A DNA stretch of 64,000 nt from an uncultured Acidobacteriaceae bacterium (GTDB lineage Bacteria > Acidobacteriota > Terriglobia > Terriglobales > Acidobacteriaceae), in the NCBI GenBank assembly GCA_963787435.1, contig CAWBCZ010000015.1:58827-122826 (forward strand), read 5' to 3'. This document shows, one piece after another, positions 59,484-64,000 of the stretch. The notes below the pieces were generated by a model. That model worked only from the letters and a program-made list of their open reading frames with translations. It did no database searches and was not told where the DNA came from. The translations under genes and the position numbers were made by a program. The first letter of the stretch is position 1, and every line of letters starts with the position of its first letter.

Positions 59484-61112
59484 ATGATAGGCTCGAAATT
59501 GATGAAATTGGCCGCTTCAGTGGACTACCTGGTGATGGGTGCGGGGGTGGCGGGATTGCGCGCCGCTGTCCACTTAGCCGATCACGGTGAAGTTCTCGTC
59601 ATCACGAAAGAGTCACTCGGCGAGTCGAACACGCACTACGCGCAAGGCGGTATTGCCGTTGCCGCCGCGCAAGATAACGATGATCTGGCGCTTCACCTGG
59701 ACGACACGGTTTCCGCGGGAGATGGGCTGGTGTTTCGGCCTGCCGCTCAAGCGCTTGTCGCTGAAGGGCCAGAGCGCGTTGCCGAACTCATCGAATGGGG
59801 CACTCGTTTTGACAGCGAATCAGGCCGGCTGTTGAGAACGCGCGAAGGGGCGCACTCGCGTCCGCGGATTTTGCACGCCAACGGTGACGCTACCGGTGCG
59901 GAAATCAGTCGCTCTCTGGTGGCGCACGCACGTGCGCATCCTCGCATCAAGTTTGCCGAGTGGACGATGGTGACAAAGCTTCTGGTTGCAGACGGTCGTG
60001 CGATCGGAGCGGAACTGGCGTCAGCAAAGTTTGCGGGCGACGAGAGCGGCGACCGGAAGCGGATCAGTGCTCGCTCAGTCCTCATTGCGTCGGGTGGCGC
60101 GGGACAGGTGTACAGCGACACAACGAATCCCGAAGTCGCTACCGGCGATGGACTCGCGCTGGCTCTCGCGGCTGGTGCTGAACTTGCCGACATGGAGTTC
60201 TATCAGTTCCATCCCACTGCATTTTCGCTGGCGGGTGCGCCACGCTTTCTGCTCTCTGAGGCGTTGCGGGGCGAAGGAGCTTATCTACGCAACGATCGCG
60301 GCGAGCGCTTCATGGAACGCTATCACCCCCTGCTCGAACTCGCTCCGCGGGATGTGGTTGCGCGTGCCATCACGCGCGAGGGCCTGGACGAATCCGGAAA
60401 CGCACGCGCGGTCTATCTCGACATGCGCCATGTAAAGGGCGTGGATCTTCATCAAAGATTCCCCGGGATCAGCAGGTTTTTGGCGCGCTACTCGCTCGAT
60501 CTGTCTCGCGACCTGATTCCTGTGCGTCCGGCTGCGCATTACCTGATGGGCGGCATTCGCACGGACCTGATGGGGCGGACGAAGGTGCGAGGGCTGTTTG
60601 CGGCAGGCGAAGCGGCGTGCACAGGCGTTCACGGCGCCAATCGATTGGCGTCCAATTCGCTGCTTGAGGGATTGGTTTTCGGCGCGCGGGCTGCGGTGGC
60701 GATGGCGGAAGATGAATTGCCGATGATGCCCGTTGAGCCCGATGGTGCCGCGGATATGCCGCCGAAGTCAGACGATGCCGCGGTTGTCGCGGATCACGTT
60801 CGAGCTTTGCAACGCGCAATGTGGGCCGATGGCGGATTGCTGCGTTCCGCATCCACTATCCGCGATGGACTCCGAGAGCAGGCGAAATGCGAAGAAGGCT
60901 TGGAACACCTGGAGCAAAAGGGCATGCGAAGCCGCCGTCTCTTTGAGGCGCAGTCCCTGGCACGCGTGGCGAAGGCAATCCTGAGCTCAGCTCTTGCGCG
61001 CGAGGAGAGCCGCGGAGCCCATTTCCGCAACGACTTTCCGCATCGCGACGACGAGCACTTTCAGAAGCATTCGATCTATTCGAATGACGGAAGCATCGCG
61101 TTTCAGTCCTGA
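59484..61112 (+). CDS. nadB: L-aspartate oxidase
   Basis: The FAD motif VMGAGVAGL is present, with YAQGGI, HPTA and RGAHFR. The length is typical of NadB. Confidence 0.92.
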   Translation: MIGSKLMKLAASVDYLVMGAGVAGLRAAVHLADHGEVLVITKESLGESNTHYAQGGIAVAAAQDNDDLALHLDDTVSAGDGLVFRPAAQALVAEGPERVAELIEWGTRFDSESGRLLRTREGAHSRPRILHANGDATGAEISRSLVAHARAHPRIKFAEWTMVTKLLVADGRAIGAELASAKFAGDESGDRKRISARSVLIASGGAGQVYSDTTNPEVATGDGLALALAAGAELADMEFYQFHPTAFSLAGAPRFLLSEALRGEGAYLRNDRGERFMERYHPLLELAPRDVVARAITREGLDESGNARAVYLDMRHVKGVDLHQRFPGISRFLARYSLDLSRDLIPVRPAAHYLMGGIRTDLMGRTKVRGLFAAGEAACTGVHGANRLASNSLLEGLVFGARAAVAMAEDELPMMPVEPDGAADMPPKSDDAAVVADHVRALQRAMWADGGLLRSASTIRDGLREQAKCEEGLEHLEQKGMRSRRLFEAQSLARVAKAILSSALAREESRGAHFRNDFPHRDDEHFQKHSIYSNDGSIAFQS

Positions 61113-61128
61113 TAAAGCAATACCCGAG

Positions 61129-62010
61129 TCATGCCTGCTTTCCAGCCACAGTGCGGCCAGAGTTATTCCCTGCAATCCACGAAACCACCGCGCAAATGCC
61201 GAGGATCGCGCCCATGATGGCCAGCGAGATAGTAATGGGAACTTCCAGCCAGTGTGAAGCCAGCATCTTAAAGGCGACAAATGCCAGCATGGCGCCGAGG
61301 CCGTAGTGCAGGTAGCGCAGGCGATCGAGCAACGCAGCAAGGGCGAAGTAGAGCGACCGCAGTCCGAGAATCGCGGCGATGTTTGAGGTGTAGACAACAA
61401 ACGGGTCGTGTGAAACGGCCAGCACGGCGGGAATCGAATCCACGGCAAACAAAACGTCTGTGAATTCGACGGCGAGGATGACTGGAAGCAGAGAACCCTT
61501 TGCAGGCTGCAAGCGTTGAATCCACTTCGGTATTACCGCGTGCGCGGAGCCGCCGCGCAAAAGCCGGTAGGCCGCGTAGAGCAGGAACAGGCCGAAGATC
61601 CAGCTGATCCACTCGAATCGCTGGATCAACGTGACGCCCGCCGCAATGAACAGCGCGCGCAGAATGATTGCTCCCGCAACTCCCCACAGCAGGGCCGTGT
61701 GCTGGCGCTTCTGGCTGATGCGAAACCCCTGGAACAGCACGAGAAAGACGAAAAGATTGTCGATACTCAGAGACGTCTCGATCGCGTAGCCCGCCACGAA
61801 TTCGAGCGCGTTGTGATGGCTTTGCCCGACAGCGATCCAGATTGCAAATAAAGCCGTCGCAGCGACCAGAACACCGGTCCAGATCCATGCGGTGGCCTGC
61901 GTGCGCGGCTCTTCGCGACGATTTGCGGGCAGGAACGCATCCACCAGCAGCAGCGTAACCACTGCACCGTGAAATCCAAGCCACCACCCCCAGGAAGCGC
62001 CGGCAATCAT
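61129..62010 (-). CDS. terC: TerC family integral membrane protein
   Basis: The multi-TM protein carries SIDNLFVFLVLF and DVLFAVDSIPAVLAV, the duplicated TerC motifs. Confidence 0.85.
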   Translation of the reverse strand: MIAGASWGWWLGFHGAVVTLLLVDAFLPANRREEPRTQATAWIWTGVLVAATALFAIWIAVGQSHHNALEFVAGYAIETSLSIDNLFVFLVLFQGFRISQKRQHTALLWGVAGAIILRALFIAAGVTLIQRFEWISWIFGLFLLYAAYRLLRGGSAHAVIPKWIQRLQPAKGSLLPVILAVEFTDVLFAVDSIPAVLAVSHDPFVVYTSNIAAILGLRSLYFALAALLDRLRYLHYGLGAMLAFVAFKMLASHWLEVPITISLAIMGAILGICAVVSWIAGNNSGRTVAGKQA

Positions 62011-62026
62011 AAAGTGGATGCTACAG

Positions 62027-62075
62027 GATCAGTGGCACGTGGTCAGTGGTCAGTCGTCAGTTGGTCAGAGATCAG
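62027..62075. repeat. Heptanucleotide-type tandem repeat (GTGGTCA GTGGTCA GTCGTCA GTTGGTCA ...)
   Basis: About 6 degenerate 7-nt units start 17 nt upstream of the terC start codon. On the terC sense strand they read CTGACCA-like. Confidence 0.55.
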
Positions 62076-62204
62076 CTGTTTCATTTCCGAGTCGTTCTGC
62101 GTTCGTGGGTGGCGGCGGAGTTTTCTGTTCCACACGTCTTCGGAGACCCCTATTATCCGGTCTCTTTGGTTAAATATCTTGCAATCATCGGGTTACCGGG
62201 AGGG

Positions 62205-62410
62205 GATGGCGCTAAATTCCTGTGTGGATTGGGGTTAGCTGTAGATTCCTCTCCGGATTGGACTTAGCGGTGTGGTTACGGAGTTAGCGTGCGTGATGCG
62301 CACGTTCGCGGAGCTAAGGGGTCCAATCACGATTCCATTGTGCGCCGAGAGGGGGAAATTGCCTGCAAAATGGCGGGAAGTTTTTGACGAGTGAAATGAG
62401 GGGGTTAGCA
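62205..62410. repeat. Array of a degenerate 9-nt motif GG(G/A)(G/C)TTAGC
   Basis: Copies lie at 62231, 62260, 62280 and 62400. Variants are GGAGCTAAG at 62310 and GGCGCTAAA at 62208. Spacing in the core is 20-30 nt. Confidence 0.5.
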
Positions 62411-62851
62411 GTATTTTTGGCGGGGTGGGGTTGACGGGAAGAAATCCGGGAGTCTCGGACGGCCCTCCGGGGCGTGGACTCCTGCCTAACAACGGTCCCC
62501 GAGTTTCACCCGTGGCTATTCTCGGACGTCCCTAAGGGACGGGGCTTTTGTGATCCGAGGCAGGCGGAGGTTCGTTGCTTTCCCGGGTCTCAAAAGCGAC
62601 ACCCGGGCACCCGGCGGGAGAGCCCATAAGCAGATTCTTCGCTCACCACCCCCAAACTGAACTGCGTTTGGGGCCCCGTTCACTCAGAAGTGAGCCCAAA
62701 ATCGCTAGAACCTGCATGAATACTGGCTGAAACCCGGGTGAAAATAAAGTTTGCGCTCGGCTTATTCTGTGGGAATTGTGAACATTTTTTAGAATCAATC
62801 GTCTAGAGACACAGAAAAATACTACAGAGTAATAATGAGTTAGTCGCAGAC

Positions 62852-63970
62852 CTAATCCGAGACGGTCTTCTGGTGAATAGCCAGATATTTCTGCAAGCTG
62901 TCACCAAACTGCTCTTCACTTTGGCGTAACGCCTCTTCTGCCTTCTTCCTCGCGGTAATGTCTTGAAATGCAACAATACCCCATTGAGGTCCACTCAGAC
63001 TCTCACGCATGACTGTGGCAGTTAAGCGGACCCATATCGCGCTGCCATCCTTTCGCAACAAGTGCATTTCGCGGTCCTCATTGTGTCTTTTTCGGGAGAG
63101 AAGCGCCTCCAAAGATTCTTTGGCATTTGCTCTATCTTCCGGCATTACTAAATCTGCAAACCCGAGAGCGGCGTCCGGCGAGTAACCAAATGTTTCTGCA
63201 AATTCTCGATTAACGGATATTAAGCGCCCATTCTCATCGATCATTGTGACGCCAAGCGGAGCATTCTCGTAGAGCAAACGAAACTTCTCGCGTGTGAACT
63301 CCAACTCCGACACGAGCCTCTCATGAGTGAGCGAAATGAACCCGAACGACAAGGCAACAAGGAGGAACATCATCAGAGGGAAGAAGAGAGTATGTGCAGG
63401 GTGCAGCGCGAAAAACGGTGAGGCGTGTCCACGCAAATAAGAGATGGCCACTACCCGCACGCAGGCGGCAACGCTGGAGAGTATGAGCGCCGCTGCGGTG
63501 AGGCGATATCCGAATTTGCACCCCGCGGGCGGCGTGCGTAAGAGCGGGCGAGACGCATCGATAAAGATGGGAATCACTAGCAGTGAGTTGACGATAATTC
63601 GTATGTACAGAGGTTGAGTGAGAAGCAGAACCGTTTGCAGAACAATCGCCCCCAAAACATAGGCATAAGGCCAACGTCCGCGGGGTGGCGATGCGCAGAA
63701 CAATCGGATTCCACTGTCGATCAATGCAAACGAGAAGATGGATGTTATCTGGAAAATCCAGAGCACATCGGAAACATAGCCTCTTAGATCAGCAACGACA
63801 ATTGCAACAGTGAGAAGATCTATTCCGACAACAATCCTCACAAATCCCGGATCGAGTTTCCGCGCTTGGATTGTAAGGAGCGTCAGCAACGTGGCGGCAA
63901 CGAGACCCGAGGCTAGAAACAACGTGCGATAGTCAAGGGCAGGCGACTGCATATTGCCCTCCAGATGCAC
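62852..63970 (-). CDS. Membrane-bound PAS-domain sensor without an output domain (possibly 3-prime truncated)
   Basis: The N-terminal ~190 aa carry 6-7 hydrophobic segments and are followed by one PAS domain (ENAPLGVTMIDENGRLISVNREF...WGIVAFQDITARKKAEEAL). The ORF stops 17 codons after the RQSEEQF linker. GC is visibly lower than in neighbours. Confidence 0.7.
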   Translation of the reverse strand: MHLEGNMQSPALDYRTLFLASGLVAATLLTLLTIQARKLDPGFVRIVVGIDLLTVAIVVADLRGYVSDVLWIFQITSIFSFALIDSGIRLFCASPPRGRWPYAYVLGAIVLQTVLLLTQPLYIRIIVNSLLVIPIFIDASRPLLRTPPAGCKFGYRLTAAALILSSVAACVRVVAISYLRGHASPFFALHPAHTLFFPLMMFLLVALSFGFISLTHERLVSELEFTREKFRLLYENAPLGVTMIDENGRLISVNREFAETFGYSPDAALGFADLVMPEDRANAKESLEALLSRKRHNEDREMHLLRKDGSAIWVRLTATVMRESLSGPQWGIVAFQDITARKKAEEALRQSEEQFGDSLQKYLAIHQKTVSD

Positions 63971-64000
63971 ACGATAGCGATAATGTGCAATTCTGACTTG

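Noticed and set aside
62033-62050. A sigma-54 promoter-like TGGCAC.
   Set aside because: The downstream element is CAGT rather than TTGC(A/T) at the required 5-nt spacing. The motif is also on the + strand pointing away from terC. It is simply part of the heptamer array.
62011-62300. A yybP-ykoY (Mn) riboswitch, expected upstream of terC.
   Set aside because: On the terC sense strand I could not find the conserved GGGGAGUAG / UUGACA / AGAGACC arrangement. Only an isolated AGAGACC inside a local hairpin (about 62141-62166) is present. A covariance-model scan is needed to be sure.
62400-62760. tmRNA, RNase P RNA or SRP RNA in the structured GC-rich block. GGGGTTGACGGG, GAAATCCGGGAG and AACCCGGGTGAAA superficially resemble tmRNA 5-prime and RNase P P4 elements.
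   Set aside because: There is no tRNA-like 3-prime end (GGTTCGA-TCC...CCACCA) and no tag-peptide ORF. The universally conserved RNase P blocks (GGTAAGAGCGCACC, ACAGAA-CCGGCTTA) and the SRP GGAA-tetraloop domain IV motif are also absent.
1-64000. CRISPR arrays, rRNA genes, insertion sequences and toxin-antitoxin pairs.
   Set aside because: No regularly spaced direct repeats of 25-40 nt, no rRNA signatures and no transposase- or integrase-like ORFs were seen. No compact two-gene TA-like cassettes were recognised on either strand.

Overview
This is a GC-rich (high-50s % by eye) 64-kb chromosomal segment. Its gene content and repeats suggest an Acidobacteriota (Terriglobia-like) genome; that assignment is an inference. 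It holds about 60 protein genes and one tRNA-Ala(CGC). I found no rRNA, CRISPR array, transposase or integrase. Recognisable core blocks are lpxB, hrcA-grpE-dnaJ, rho (preceded by a small omega-like gene), comM/yifB, sdaA, rsmE, aroC-def-fmt-rsmB, nadB and terC. There is also a co-directional minus-strand run: aroB, small Cys protein, ubiE, CDF exporter, membrane protein, OsmC, PASTA protein. Less ordinary content includes tandem VWFA-related Acidobacterial-domain paralogs and a HAD-phosphatase::UbiA (DPPR-synthase-like) fusion divergent from a Ser/Thr kinase carrying a TolB-like propeller. It also includes a lid-less Hsp70-like protein, an orphan GH24 lysozyme and an M1-peptidase homologue with a degenerate zinc site. 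The most striking sequence-level property is at least 14 single-base frame breaks inside otherwise well-conserved genes (aroG x2, aroC, rsmB, ubiE x2, uxaA and others). I read these as most likely consensus indel errors rather than biology. Four non-coding items deserve a second look. One is a self-contained promoter / SD / 23-codon Lys-Ala-rich ORF / terminator unit (31916-32138). Another is an 840-bp structured, motif-rich non-coding region (62011-62851) between terC and a lower-GC PAS sensor gene that looks 3-prime truncated. The others are heptanucleotide tandem repeats in two 5-prime leaders and a dispersed GGGCTAAAGCC-type intergenic repeat family at three loci. I did not find a clear-cut novel multi-gene system, so candidates are listed with moderate scores.
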